From: Acidobacteriota bacterium
Lineage (GTDB): Bacteria; Acidobacteriota; UBA890; WLXD01
NCBI GenBank assembly: GCA_965205505.1
Contig: CBDBHB010000007.1
Coordinates: 1 to 64,000 of the forward strand
Direction of reading: 5' to 3'
Length of the DNA stretch: 64,000 nucleotides
Part shown: positions 39,175 through 49,229 of the stretch, in pieces
Layout of the letters: each line of letters starts with the position of its first letter
Position numbering within the stretch: position 1 is the stretch's first letter
Notes under the pieces: model-generated
Told to the model about the DNA's origin: nothing
Database searches by the model: none
What the model saw: only the letters and a program-made list of their open reading frames with translations
Program-made: the position numbers and the translations under genes

Positions 39175-42153
39175 TCAGAACAACGGACCGAGGTAAAACT
39201 GGAAGTCCGGGCCGCCGAAGAAATCCTTGCCGTTCGTGCGCTGGGCCCAGAAGAACCACAACGGCAGGCCCATCAGGTTGATGTTGAGCCCGACCCCGAC
39301 TGAGCCCCGAGCATCCGCCAGACGGCCGTTCTCAAACAGCTGGAAGTCGTCATCCTTGAACCAAGCCCCACCGACGTCGGCAAAAATCAGGCCGCGAACG
39401 TTGCGCAGAGCCATCTGACCGCCACGCGCCTCGTAAATCAGCGGGAAGCGGTACTCGAGGTTCACCAGGAAAGCGCGGTTGCCGGAGAAGCGCAGGTAAT
39501 CGTAGCCGCGTAACTGATTCAGACCACCCACGAAGAAAACGGTCGGATGTTCCCCGAAGCTACCCGAACCCCAGAGCCGCACCGCGAACTGGCTGTCCTT
39601 GGTTACCTGGAAGTACTGCCGGATGTCGATCTCGGCGTTGTAGAACCTCAAGCTTCCGACCGCCGGCGATGTCTCGAATCCAAAGCTGACCCGGCGTCCG
39701 GCATATGGCCCGTACTCCTTGAATCGTGCCTTGTCGCCGATCAATTTGATGCCGATCGGCATGTAGGTGCCGCTGTGGAAATTGTCGGCGAACGTCGACA
39801 GGCTTCCACCGGTGCCCTCGAGCAGGAAGGTCGACGGTATGTAGTCGCGGTCGTAGTACCCGACCGAGAACTCGGTGCGCCAGTCGCGGCTGAACGGGTA
39901 ATCGGCGAATAGCTCGCCGCCATCCAGTCCGAAGATCGAGTTGCGATCCAGAGTGCCGTTCGCCGGGTCGAACGTGAAGAAAAACGATCGCTGGCTGGTT
40001 GCCAGTGCACCCCAGTTCCAGCGTTTCGACTGGTTTCGATAGACACCCGTGTAGTTGCGATGACTCTGTATCGAGCCGAGAATCGCCGTAATGCTGTGGT
40101 TGCCGAGCAGATCTTGGAGCTCGATGTACGTATTGGCGAGCACCGTGCCGCCAGCAATACCGCTGGAGTAGCCGCCAGCGACCTGGATGCGGGAAATGTG
40201 CCAGCCGCCGCCGGTCGACTGCGTGCGATTCTGATCGCTAAGCTCGACGTCGGCGATCGCGGCGGCCTCCATCTCCAGCCGGTCGATCTCTTCGTCCGGC
40301 AGTGCCTCGTCTATGGCGACGAACTGCTCTACCGCCTCGGGTAGCTCCATAGTGTAGAGCTCGTACGTTCCATCTCCGTAGTTGCTGAACAGGAGGCTGT
40401 TGGTGTCTGGCAGCTCTTGGGGGAAGAACGTGCCGTGGAGAATATTCGTATATCGGAAAACGGTCTCGGACGCGAGCTCGATCGAGTACAGGTTGTGCTC
40501 GCCGGTTCGATCGGAGACGAAGTACACCCGTGAGCCATCTCTCGAGAAGCTCGGCTGCGTGTCGTTGTAGCGGCCGAACGTCAGCTGCACACGCTCCTGC
40601 GGCCGCGCCAGGTCGATCCGGAAGAGTTTCTTGGCGCCTAGTACGTGTGAGGCGAACACGATGCTCCGACCGTCCGGCGACCAGACCGGCGCGTAGTCGT
40701 AGAACTCATCCTGCGTCAGGTTGTCCAGCGTGTCGTTCGACGGGTCATACAGATAGATGTCGCGTACGCCGTTGCGGTGGGCACCGAAGACGACGCGGCC
40801 ATCCGGCGCGATGCTCGGTGAAAGTGCCTGGTCAAGCTCGGTTTTGAACTTCTTGCGCACCTTGCCGTTCTCGGCATCGATCAAGAAAAGCGTGCGTGTC
40901 GGGGGGGTGCGGGCGAAGAACGCGATGGTGCTGCCGTCCGGCGACCATGACAGATCGTTGCCTGCCTGGAAACCAACCGTCACGCCCTGACCGACTACGT
41001 ACTCGAACTCTCCCTGACGGCCCCCGGTCAGGTTGCGTATCGGTCGACCCGTGGCCAGGTCGAAGGTAAAGGCCTCGATCTGCAGCGTTTTCTTGTTGAG
41101 GGTGATCGCCGCGAAACTGTCACCATCGGGCGACACCACCGGGCTGAACGCCAACTGCCGGTCTTGGAAGGGCACGTCGCCCATCACGTTGCGTGCGAAA
41201 TCGGGCGCCTCCTGGCGGTCGAGCACGTTCGGCAAATAGCGCTCGCGCAACCAGGCACGAAACTCGTTGTTGAACTCCTGCGGCGTGATGTTGAAGGCAC
41301 GCTCGAGATCGCGCTCTATATCCTGCCCGAGATCGCGCCGCACCTCGGCCAGGAAGATCCGCATTCCTTCGTCGCCGTACTCCTCCTCGATGTAGTGCCA
41401 AACGACCTCGCCGAGCACGTAGTCGGTGAAGAAACTGCGATTGTGGGTCATCTGGACAAGCGTCGGAATGTCGTCGGAGAGCACGACATCGCGCAGCATC
41501 ATCTCGTCGAGCGATGTCAGGTCGTCCGATACGTACTCGGCAAAACCCTCCATCACCCAGCCCGGAGGCGACGCGCGCATCGCGGCACCGAGGCGATTAC
41601 CGAAGAAGTAGTCGAACTCGAACAGGTGAGTCACTTCATGGACGATGAGCTTGTGCAATGCGTCGGGTGGATCATCCACCGGAAGCACCAACCGATTCTC
41701 GGTGGGCTCAGCAAACGCCGCCACGCCTTCCGGCAGGAAGAACGGCAGGATGTGCGTCTGCTGAAAGTCCTGGTGGGTCTGGTAGAAAATGATCGGCATC
41801 CGCACCGACATCTGATGGTTCATCTTGCGAGCGACGCGCTGGTAAGCATCCTCGGCGAACGCCACCACGTCGTCGAGATGCTGCTCTTCTTCGGGGTAGT
41901 AGTAGACGTCGAAGTGAGGCGCCGTGTACTTCCAGAAGTCGAACGTCTCGTAGGTGACCTTGTTTCTGCCGAAGTAGCTGCTGTAGGGAGTGTTGATCAT
42001 CTGTCCCGCGGCTTGCGGGGCCAGAGTGACCAACAGGCCCAAGGCGAGCACCGCGGTGACCATGGCGCGCGCCAGGGGCCGCGACGTAGCGCTCGAGAGA
42101 AACTGGCTGTGGGCCTTCGGAGTAGGCATGGCGAAGAGCCTCCCTGTGGTCAA
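39175..42153 (-). CDS. Peptidase MA-like + PD40/TolB propeller + BamA/Omp85 barrel outer-membrane protein
   Basis: VHEVTH (HEXXH), repeated P-x-[WF]SPDG, LRGY, NLEYRFP, C-terminal Phe. Confidence 0.88.
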   Translation of the reverse strand: MTTGRLFAMPTPKAHSQFLSSATSRPLARAMVTAVLALGLLVTLAPQAAGQMINTPYSSYFGRNKVTYETFDFWKYTAPHFDVYYYPEEEQHLDDVVAFAEDAYQRVARKMNHQMSVRMPIIFYQTHQDFQQTHILPFFLPEGVAAFAEPTENRLVLPVDDPPDALHKLIVHEVTHLFEFDYFFGNRLGAAMRASPPGWVMEGFAEYVSDDLTSLDEMMLRDVVLSDDIPTLVQMTHNRSFFTDYVLGEVVWHYIEEEYGDEGMRIFLAEVRRDLGQDIERDLERAFNITPQEFNNEFRAWLRERYLPNVLDRQEAPDFARNVMGDVPFQDRQLAFSPVVSPDGDSFAAITLNKKTLQIEAFTFDLATGRPIRNLTGGRQGEFEYVVGQGVTVGFQAGNDLSWSPDGSTIAFFARTPPTRTLFLIDAENGKVRKKFKTELDQALSPSIAPDGRVVFGAHRNGVRDIYLYDPSNDTLDNLTQDEFYDYAPVWSPDGRSIVFASHVLGAKKLFRIDLARPQERVQLTFGRYNDTQPSFSRDGSRVYFVSDRTGEHNLYSIELASETVFRYTNILHGTFFPQELPDTNSLLFSNYGDGTYELYTMELPEAVEQFVAIDEALPDEEIDRLEMEAAAIADVELSDQNRTQSTGGGWHISRIQVAGGYSSGIAGGTVLANTYIELQDLLGNHSITAILGSIQSHRNYTGVYRNQSKRWNWGALATSQRSFFFTFDPANGTLDRNSIFGLDGGELFADYPFSRDWRTEFSVGYYDRDYIPSTFLLEGTGGSLSTFADNFHSGTYMPIGIKLIGDKARFKEYGPYAGRRVSFGFETSPAVGSLRFYNAEIDIRQYFQVTKDSQFAVRLWGSGSFGEHPTVFFVGGLNQLRGYDYLRFSGNRAFLVNLEYRFPLIYEARGGQMALRNVRGLIFADVGGAWFKDDDFQLFENGRLADARGSVGVGLNINLMGLPLWFFWAQRTNGKDFFGGPDFQFYLGPLF

Positions 42154-43262
42154 TAGATCAAGTAGCGATTCTGCTCCGAGCGTCGGGGCGTGATGGCATC
42201 GAGGAGCTGAGGCAGCAGTTGCTCGAAGGTCTCGAAGACAGCGTCCGCATTCGAGACGGACTCGTCGGCGGGAAATGATGTCTCGGCTTCGAGCGTGCCA
42301 TCGAGGAGTCTGGAGCCGTCCTCGCCGCGGAGCACGAGATAGTCGTAGGTGAGCTTGTAGACAACGTTGTCCTGGAACCGAGCGACTTCGCGTATCTCGC
42401 CGTCAGGGGAGCGGATGCGCTCGCGCACCATCTCGGACCTCGGCTCGGTATTGAGGCCGAGCGAGCCGGTGAGGATCAGATCTGCTCCGGCCTCCTCGGC
42501 ACGCTCTACCCAGAAAGCAGCATCATCCAAGATGGCCTTGCTGCGGCGCACTGGATCAAACTGCTGCTCCAGCTGGTCCTGTGTCTCGAAGAACGTGCGC
42601 TGCGTGATGCGGCGGCGCAAGTATCGTACGGCGACGTCGTTGAGGTTGGACTCCGAATCGTCGCGCGGCACGAAGTTGCCGATGAGGATGCGACTGTAGC
42701 CAGCCAGATTGGGACCCTGATCCGGGACCGAGATCATGATCTCCAGAAACCCGAGCGTCGTCGGAGCTCCTGGATACTCCTGACTAACGATCCCTGTGGG
42801 CTCCGCCGCCGACGGGTTCTCGTCGACCGCCTCCGCGTCGTCGGTCATCTTATCGGCATCTATCCGTTCCCAGATCGGGAAGAACTGCCCGTGGTTGCGC
42901 AGCACGTAGAAGCGCTCGTCGGGCTCGGCCAGACTCAGAGCTCTGTCGTAATGCTCCTTGGCTGTATCGAACTCGCCCTCGCGCTCGAAACGAACCGCCA
43001 GATTGTTGAGGGCGCGCGTGTTCACGCTGGCGACGGCGAGTGCCTTTTGCCAGCGGAACTCAGCTTCTTCCCAGTACCCTTGATCGGCGGCCGCCGCCCC
43101 CGCACGCGTCTGGTTGCCTGGCCTCTCCACCGGCGTCATGGCGCAGGACACGCCGATGCTCAAGGAGAGAACTGTCGCAGCTACAGCGACCGCCCGTGCG
43201 CCCGCGCCACGACGCATTACGGTTGGACGCCGCTTCCTACTGGTCTCGCGATAAGGAGACAT
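42150..43262 (-). CDS. TPR-containing lipoprotein
   Basis: Lipobox-like GVSC; WEEAEFRWQKA...ALNNLAV...YDRALSL. Confidence 0.78.
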   Translation of the reverse strand: MSPYRETSRKRRPTVMRRGAGARAVAVAATVLSLSIGVSCAMTPVERPGNQTRAGAAAADQGYWEEAEFRWQKALAVASVNTRALNNLAVRFEREGEFDTAKEHYDRALSLAEPDERFYVLRNHGQFFPIWERIDADKMTDDAEAVDENPSAAEPTGIVSQEYPGAPTTLGFLEIMISVPDQGPNLAGYSRILIGNFVPRDDSESNLNDVAVRYLRRRITQRTFFETQDQLEQQFDPVRRSKAILDDAAFWVERAEEAGADLILTGSLGLNTEPRSEMVRERIRSPDGEIREVARFQDNVVYKLTYDYLVLRGEDGSRLLDGTLEAETSFPADESVSNADAVFETFEQLLPQLLDAITPRRSEQNRYLIY

Positions 43263-43366
43263 AGGCCTCCAGCCTGTCGGACGAAGAGGGCGCAGGCAAG
43301 GCTGCCTACCATGCGGCGAGACAGCCTACCAAGGGGACCCGGAACATACTGGCGTGCTCGTAAGGA

Positions 43367-44389
43367 TTGAGTCTACTGATCTGTGGCTCGCGCTCGCAAG
43401 CGATACCCGTGCCCGGCGGCACACCGAGTACCTCGCGCGCCGCTGGTCGATGGCCGTCCCCTGGTGTTGTGAGCAGCACACTACGGCACTGTGAAGCATC
43501 GCGGGCGGAGAACCCGGAGTGGCCGAATGCGACGACCGTCCACCGAGGTAGCGATTCTTATCCCGAGCTTCTCAGCGCCATCCCTGATTCGCCCGGACTG
43601 CTACACGTGCAGGGGCGACTCGCCAGTCGCCCCTGTATCGCGGTGGTTGGTTCCCGCGCCTGTTCCGCCTACGGTCGCAGCGTAGCCACACGCCTCGCGG
43701 CAGATCTGGCTCGAGCCGGCCTGGTCGTGGTCTCTGGGCTGGCGCGCGGCATCGACGTCGCCGCGCACCGCGGGTGCATGGATGCGGGGGGCATGACGAT
43801 CGCCGTGCTCCCCGGCGGACTGTTTCCAGTTTACCCACGGCAGCATGTCGCGCTGGCACGCCGAATCGCCGCTTCCGGAGCGCTGGTCGCTGAGCACGAG
43901 CCCGGAACCGAGGTTGCTCGCTGGCACTTTCCCAAGCGCAACCGGATCATCGCCGCGTTGTCGTGGGCAACGGTGGTAGTCGAGGCGGCGGCCCGCAGCG
44001 GGGCACGCATCACGGCCAATCTGGCGCTCGAGTACGGCCGCGAAGTGCTGGTCGTGCCGGGTCCGATCACCTCTGCGACTTCCGCGGGGTGCCACGCGTT
44101 GCTCGCCGATGGCGCCCACCCATGCACGGGCATGGCCGATATCCTCGACCATCTACCAGCAGCCGTGACCGCCGATCTGCAACCTCCGCCGCCGCCTTCG
44201 CCGCCCGTTGAGCTCGACACACCGGCACGCGCGTTGCTCGAGCTACTGCGCCGCCGGGGCGAGCTCGGCACATCGAGAGTCGCCGAGTTGCTCGGGTGGT
44301 CGTTGGTCGATACGTTGGCAACTGTAACCAGCTTAGAGTTGCGTGGGATGGTCCGCATACGGCCAGGCAACAGAATCGAGTCCTGCTAG
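43367..44389 (+). CDS. dprA: DNA-processing protein DprA
   Basis: AVVGSR, VSGLARGID, FPKRNRIIA and VVEAAARSGA motifs; real start probably later (about 43469). Confidence 0.92.
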   Translation: MSLLICGSRSQAIPVPGGTPSTSRAAGRWPSPGVVSSTLRHCEASRAENPEWPNATTVHRGSDSYPELLSAIPDSPGLLHVQGRLASRPCIAVVGSRACSAYGRSVATRLAADLARAGLVVVSGLARGIDVAAHRGCMDAGGMTIAVLPGGLFPVYPRQHVALARRIAASGALVAEHEPGTEVARWHFPKRNRIIAALSWATVVVEAAARSGARITANLALEYGREVLVVPGPITSATSAGCHALLADGAHPCTGMADILDHLPAAVTADLQPPPPPSPPVELDTPARALLELLRRRGELGTSRVAELLGWSLVDTLATVTSLELRGMVRIRPGNRIESC

Positions 44390-44451
44390 ACTCAGCCGCC
44401 GCACGCATGCTCGTGCCCACTTCCTTCGTTGGGCTAGTATCAGAAACCATC

Positions 44452-47106
44452 ATGACCAAGCGCCTCGTTATCGTCGAATCACCGACCAAGGCGAAGACCC
44501 TGTCGAAGTTTCTCGGCTCGGAGTTCATCGTCGAGTCGAGTGTCGGCCATATCCGCGACTTGCCCGCCAACGCCGCGGAGATCCCCAAGCGGTACAAGGG
44601 AGAGTCCTGGGCGCGCCTCGGCGTCCAGGTCGACGAGGCGTTCAAGCCACTTTACGTCGTCCAGCCGGCGAAGAAGGCGACCATTGCCGAGCTCAAGCGC
44701 GCCCTCAAGCAAGCCGACGAGCTGCTGCTCGCTACCGATGAGGACCGCGAGGGCGAGGCGATCAGCTGGCACTTGATCGAGGTCCTCAAGCCTAAGGTCC
44801 CGGTGCGCCGCATGGTGTTCCACGAGATCACGCGCCGTGCCGTACAGGCGGCGCTCGAGCAAACTCGTGAGATCGATCACAACCTTGTTGAAGCGCAGGA
44901 AGCGCGCCGCATCATCGACCGCCTCTACGGCTACTTGGTGTCGCCGGTGCTGTGGCGCAAGGTCGCTCCGCGCCTCTCCGCCGGACGCGTCCAGAGCGTG
45001 GCGATCCGCATGCTCGTAGAGCGCGAGCGCGCCCGGATGCGATTCCGCGCCGCCGAATACTGGGACCTTACCGCCGAGTTCACAACCGGTGCCGGCGATA
45101 AGTTTGACGGTCGACTGCAGACCCTCGAGGGCGCGCAGCTCGCTCGGAGTGCCAACTTCGATCCCGATACCGGCAAGCTGAAAGACGACAACATCCGCAT
45201 GCTGGATGCGGAGACAGCTGCGACGCTGGCCACGGAGCTCAAGAGCGCTAGCTTCAGCATCGACGCGATGCACGAGCAGCCATTCAAACGCTCCCCGGCG
45301 CCGCCGTTTACCACCTCGACGCTGCAGCAGGAAGCCAACCGCAAGCTGCGCTTCCACGCACGCCGCACGATGCGCGCCGCGCAGCGCCTCTACGAGAACG
45401 GCTTCATTACCTACATGCGGACAGACTCGGTGACGCTATCTAGCGAAGCTCTCGAGCAAACGCGCGCCAGCATCGCCACTACGTACGGTCCCGAGTTTCT
45501 GCCCGACGCGCCGCGCAGGTATCGGAACAAGGTGAAGAACGCCCAGGAGGCCCACGAGGCCATACGTCCCGCCGGCAGCCGCATGGTACCGGTCAATGAA
45601 GTGCGGTCGGCGCTGAGCGAGGACGAAGCGCGCCTCTACGATCTGATTTGGAAGCGGACGATGGCATCGCAGATGCCCGACGCCAAGGGACGCCGCATGA
45701 CCGTCCACGTAACCGCAAGCGGCCCGCGAGACGCACGCTTCGTATCGCACGGCAGCGTTATCGACTTTCCCGGATTTCTGCGCGCCTATGTCGAAGGTCG
45801 GGCAGACCGCGCGGAGGCGCTCGCCGATCTCGACCGCCTCCTGCCACCGATGAATGTCGGCGAAGATGTGCTCGCCGCGCTCAGCACCGAGGACCATCAC
45901 ACAACACCACCCCGCCGTCTCACCGAAGCGGGGCTAGTCAAGGCGCTCGAGGAGTCCGGCATCGGGCGGCCGAGTACCTATGCCTCGATCATCGATACGA
46001 TCGAGCGGCGCGAGTACACCTTCCGCAAGGGCAACGCGTTGGTGCCAACATTCACCGCGTTCGCCGTGGTCAAGTTGATGCAGGAGCATCTCGAGCATCT
46101 CATCGACATCGACTTCACGGCCCGCATGGAGGATCGGCTCGACGGTATTTCACGCGGCGAGCACGAGCCGTTGCCGTATCTGAGGGAGTTTTATTTCGGC
46201 AATGGCATGCCCGGCCTGAAGTCGTTGATCGAGAACAAGGTCGAGGAAATCGATCCTCGCCAGGTGTGCTCGATCCCGTTGGGCACTGACGATGCAGGCT
46301 GGGACATCGTGGTTCGCGTAGGACGCTACGGGCCTTTCTTACAGCGCGGCGATCTGACCGCCAACATCCCCGACAAGACCTGCCCGGACGAGCTCGTCGT
46401 GGAACGCGCCACCGAGCTTATCGACGAGGCCCAAAAGGGGGACGAGCCCATCGGGTCCCACCCCGAGTCTGGGCTCCCCGTATACGTGAAACTTGGACGC
46501 TACGGCCCATACGTGCAGCTTGGCGACCCGGACCCCGACAGCAAGACCAAGCCCAAGATGGTGTCGCTACTCAAGGGAATGTCGCCGGCCGAGGTCTCAA
46601 TCGACGTCGCCCTCGAGCTCCTGAAGTTGCCCAGGGTGGTCGGGCAGGACGCCGATGGTGAGGACATCGTCGTCCACCTCGGCCGCTACGGCCCCTACAT
46701 CAAACGCGGCACCGATACCCGCAGCCTGACCGACGACGATAGCGTGCTGAAGCTACCTCTCCAGCGAGCGCTCGAGTTGTTGGCGCAGGAGAAGAGGCGG
46801 GGCCGGGCCGCCGCTAGCCAGATCAAGATCTTCGAGAATGTCGAGCAGCTCGGAGGTGCCAGCATAAAGCTACTCGCTGGTCGCTATGGACCCTACGTCA
46901 CCGACGGCGAGATCAATGCATCCCTACCCAGGGACATGACCGAGCCGACCGAGCTGTCGCTCGAGCAAGCGCTCGATCTACTAGCGCAACGTCGCGAGAG
47001 CGGACCGGTGCGTCGTAAGAAGAAGACCAGGACAAGAGCGAAGAAAAAAACCAAGCGGAAGGCGAAGAAGAAGACCAGCAAGAAGAAGGCGGCTAAGAAA
47101 GCTTGA
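44452..47106 (+). CDS. topA: DNA topoisomerase I (type IA, Topo C-terminal repeats, Lys-rich tail)
   Basis: IVESPTK, ATDEDREGE, SAGRVQS, ITYMRTDS and repeated GRYGPY. Confidence 0.97.
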   Translation: MTKRLVIVESPTKAKTLSKFLGSEFIVESSVGHIRDLPANAAEIPKRYKGESWARLGVQVDEAFKPLYVVQPAKKATIAELKRALKQADELLLATDEDREGEAISWHLIEVLKPKVPVRRMVFHEITRRAVQAALEQTREIDHNLVEAQEARRIIDRLYGYLVSPVLWRKVAPRLSAGRVQSVAIRMLVERERARMRFRAAEYWDLTAEFTTGAGDKFDGRLQTLEGAQLARSANFDPDTGKLKDDNIRMLDAETAATLATELKSASFSIDAMHEQPFKRSPAPPFTTSTLQQEANRKLRFHARRTMRAAQRLYENGFITYMRTDSVTLSSEALEQTRASIATTYGPEFLPDAPRRYRNKVKNAQEAHEAIRPAGSRMVPVNEVRSALSEDEARLYDLIWKRTMASQMPDAKGRRMTVHVTASGPRDARFVSHGSVIDFPGFLRAYVEGRADRAEALADLDRLLPPMNVGEDVLAALSTEDHHTTPPRRLTEAGLVKALEESGIGRPSTYASIIDTIERREYTFRKGNALVPTFTAFAVVKLMQEHLEHLIDIDFTARMEDRLDGISRGEHEPLPYLREFYFGNGMPGLKSLIENKVEEIDPRQVCSIPLGTDDAGWDIVVRVGRYGPFLQRGDLTANIPDKTCPDELVVERATELIDEAQKGDEPIGSHPESGLPVYVKLGRYGPYVQLGDPDPDSKTKPKMVSLLKGMSPAEVSIDVALELLKLPRVVGQDADGEDIVVHLGRYGPYIKRGTDTRSLTDDDSVLKLPLQRALELLAQEKRRGRAAASQIKIFENVEQLGGASIKLLAGRYGPYVTDGEINASLPRDMTEPTELSLEQALDLLAQRRESGPVRRKKKTRTRAKKKTKRKAKKKTSKKKAAKKA

Positions 47107-47160
47107 GCCCAGGCGCTACGATACGCCGCTCCCGAACTCCCCGGTCATAGTTTCGCGCCG

Positions 47161-48525
47161 ATGAGCACCTATCCTGTGGTCACCGTCGTCGGCGGCGGCA
47201 TGGCCGGGTGCGAGGCCGCCTGGCAGCTCGCTCAACGCGGCATTAGCGTCCGCTTGTACGAGATGCGGCCCGGACGGCCGACGCCAGTACACAAGAGTGC
47301 GTATCTCGCGGAAATGGTGTGCAGCAATTCCCTGCGGTCCGACGGGCTCGACAACGCCGTCGGTCTATTGCACGAGGAAATGCGCCGCCTGGGGTCGCTG
47401 TTCATGGCGGCCGGCGACCGCAACCGGGTCCCCGCCGGGAAGGCGTTGGCGGTCGATCGCTGGAAATTCGCGCAGGACATGACCGCCACCATGGAAGCAG
47501 CGAGCTCAGTAGAGATTATTCGCGAGGAGGTGCGCGAGATTCCCGCGGGACCGACGATCGTAGCCACCGGCCCTCTGACATCGGAGGCACTCAGCAAGTC
47601 GATAGAACGCTTCGCGGGCAGCGAGGATCTCTACTTCTACGACGCGGTATCGCCCATCGTACGCGCCGATTCTGTAGACACCGAACGGACGTTTCTTGCC
47701 AGCCGCTACGACAAGGGTGGAGCCGACTACCTCAACTGCCCAATGACCGAAGAGGAGTTCGATCGCTTCTACGAGGCTCTGATGGACGCCGAGCTCGCCG
47801 AGTTACAGGAATTCGAGAAGGGACTCTTCTTCGAAGGCTGCCTACCGATCGAGGAACAGGGGCGTCGCGGCCGCAAGACGCTTCTGTTCGGCCCGATGAA
47901 ACCGGTGGGTCTCATCGACCCGCGTACCGGGCATCGTCCGTTCACTGTTGTCCAGCTTCGACAGGATGACCTTGCCGCCCAGCATTACTCCCTGGTCGGC
48001 TTCCAGACGCGCATGAAATGGGGCGAACAGGACCGGGTGCTACGGCTTATTCCGGCGCTCGAGAAGGCCGAGTTCGTACGCTTCGGTGTGGTGCACCGCA
48101 ACACGTACATCAACGCGCCCCGAACGCTGGCCGAGACCCTGCAAACGCGCGCCCGTGGTGACCTCTTCTTCGCCGGGCAGGTGGCAGGGACCGAGGGTTA
48201 CGTCGAATCCGCGGCCGGTGGCCTGCTGGCGGGAATCTATTGCAGCATGCTGTTGCTCGACGGCGAGATCGAGCCCGTACCCCGGACCACAGCCTTGGGG
48301 TCTTTAGCGTTCTATGTGAGCCACGCCAGCGCGGTAAACTATCAGCCGACGAATATAACCTTCGGCATCATGCCGGAGCTCGAAGAGACGACGCGTGGGC
48401 GCAGAAACCGTAAGCAGCGCCGTGAGGCACGCTCGCGCCGAGCACTTGACGAGCTCGACAAGTGGATCGAACGTGTCAGCGGCCGTTTGCGCCTGTCGGC
48501 GACCGCGCGGCAAGCTATCCGCTGA
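47161..48525 (+). CDS. trmFO: tRNA (uracil-54)-methyltransferase TrmFO/Gid
   Basis: VGGGMAGCEAAW, LYEMRP, VCSNS, FEGCLP and EGYVES motifs. Confidence 0.95.
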   Translation: MSTYPVVTVVGGGMAGCEAAWQLAQRGISVRLYEMRPGRPTPVHKSAYLAEMVCSNSLRSDGLDNAVGLLHEEMRRLGSLFMAAGDRNRVPAGKALAVDRWKFAQDMTATMEAASSVEIIREEVREIPAGPTIVATGPLTSEALSKSIERFAGSEDLYFYDAVSPIVRADSVDTERTFLASRYDKGGADYLNCPMTEEEFDRFYEALMDAELAELQEFEKGLFFEGCLPIEEQGRRGRKTLLFGPMKPVGLIDPRTGHRPFTVVQLRQDDLAAQHYSLVGFQTRMKWGEQDRVLRLIPALEKAEFVRFGVVHRNTYINAPRTLAETLQTRARGDLFFAGQVAGTEGYVESAAGGLLAGIYCSMLLLDGEIEPVPRTTALGSLAFYVSHASAVNYQPTNITFGIMPELEETTRGRRNRKQRREARSRRALDELDKWIERVSGRLRLSATARQAIR

Positions 48526-48530
48526 CGAGG

Positions 48531-49205
48531 ATGACGATGTCTACGACCGTCCGCCCAGCCGTGCTCATCTTCGCGGTGGCAGCCTTAGCGTTCTCTTTGG
48601 GCTATGTGGCCTTCCCGCACTCCGAGGACGAGCATTATCCGGGCCTAGGCCTCGCGAGCGACCTCTCCGGCCTGTCACTGGACCCAGGCACTACCGCACC
48701 GGCGTTCGTCGTCAATCATCTTGATGGCTCTCCGCTGGCGTCGACCGACCTCGAGGGTAAGATCGTCGTGGTCGATTTCTGGGCGACCTGGTGCGCCCCC
48801 TGTCTGACCGAGATACCGCACTACAACAGCCTGCACGAGGAGTACGCGGATAGAGGCGTGGAAATGCTGGGCATCACCCTGCAATCCGGAAGCCAGGAGC
48901 AGGTGAGCGAGTGGATCTCCCGCCCGGTTCGCGTCGGCACGCAGGAGTTCTCGCTCGACTACCCCGTGGTGATGGGCAACGCCGACGTCGAGGCCTCGTG
49001 GGGTCCGATTTACGGGTTCCCGATGACCTATCTGGTCGACTATGAGTGGAAGATCCGCAAGAAGTGGCTGGGAGCGGTAGCCAACAAGAGCGAGCAGCTC
49101 CGGTACCTGATCGACGAGCTCATCGCTGAGCGCGCCGACGCCGGCGGCGAGGCATCGCGTGCCGGAGCAGGGGCGGATGGTGCAGTCGACCGCGACGGCG
49201 GCTGA
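48531..49205 (+). CDS. TlpA-family thiol-disulfide reductase
   Basis: DFWATWCAPC; N-terminal membrane anchor. Confidence 0.9.
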   Translation: MTMSTTVRPAVLIFAVAALAFSLGYVAFPHSEDEHYPGLGLASDLSGLSLDPGTTAPAFVVNHLDGSPLASTDLEGKIVVVDFWATWCAPCLTEIPHYNSLHEEYADRGVEMLGITLQSGSQEQVSEWISRPVRVGTQEFSLDYPVVMGNADVEASWGPIYGFPMTYLVDYEWKIRKKWLGAVANKSEQLRYLIDELIAERADAGGEASRAGAGADGAVDRDGG

Positions 49206-49229
49206 ACTGCCTCCGCTGCAGGACGCCAC

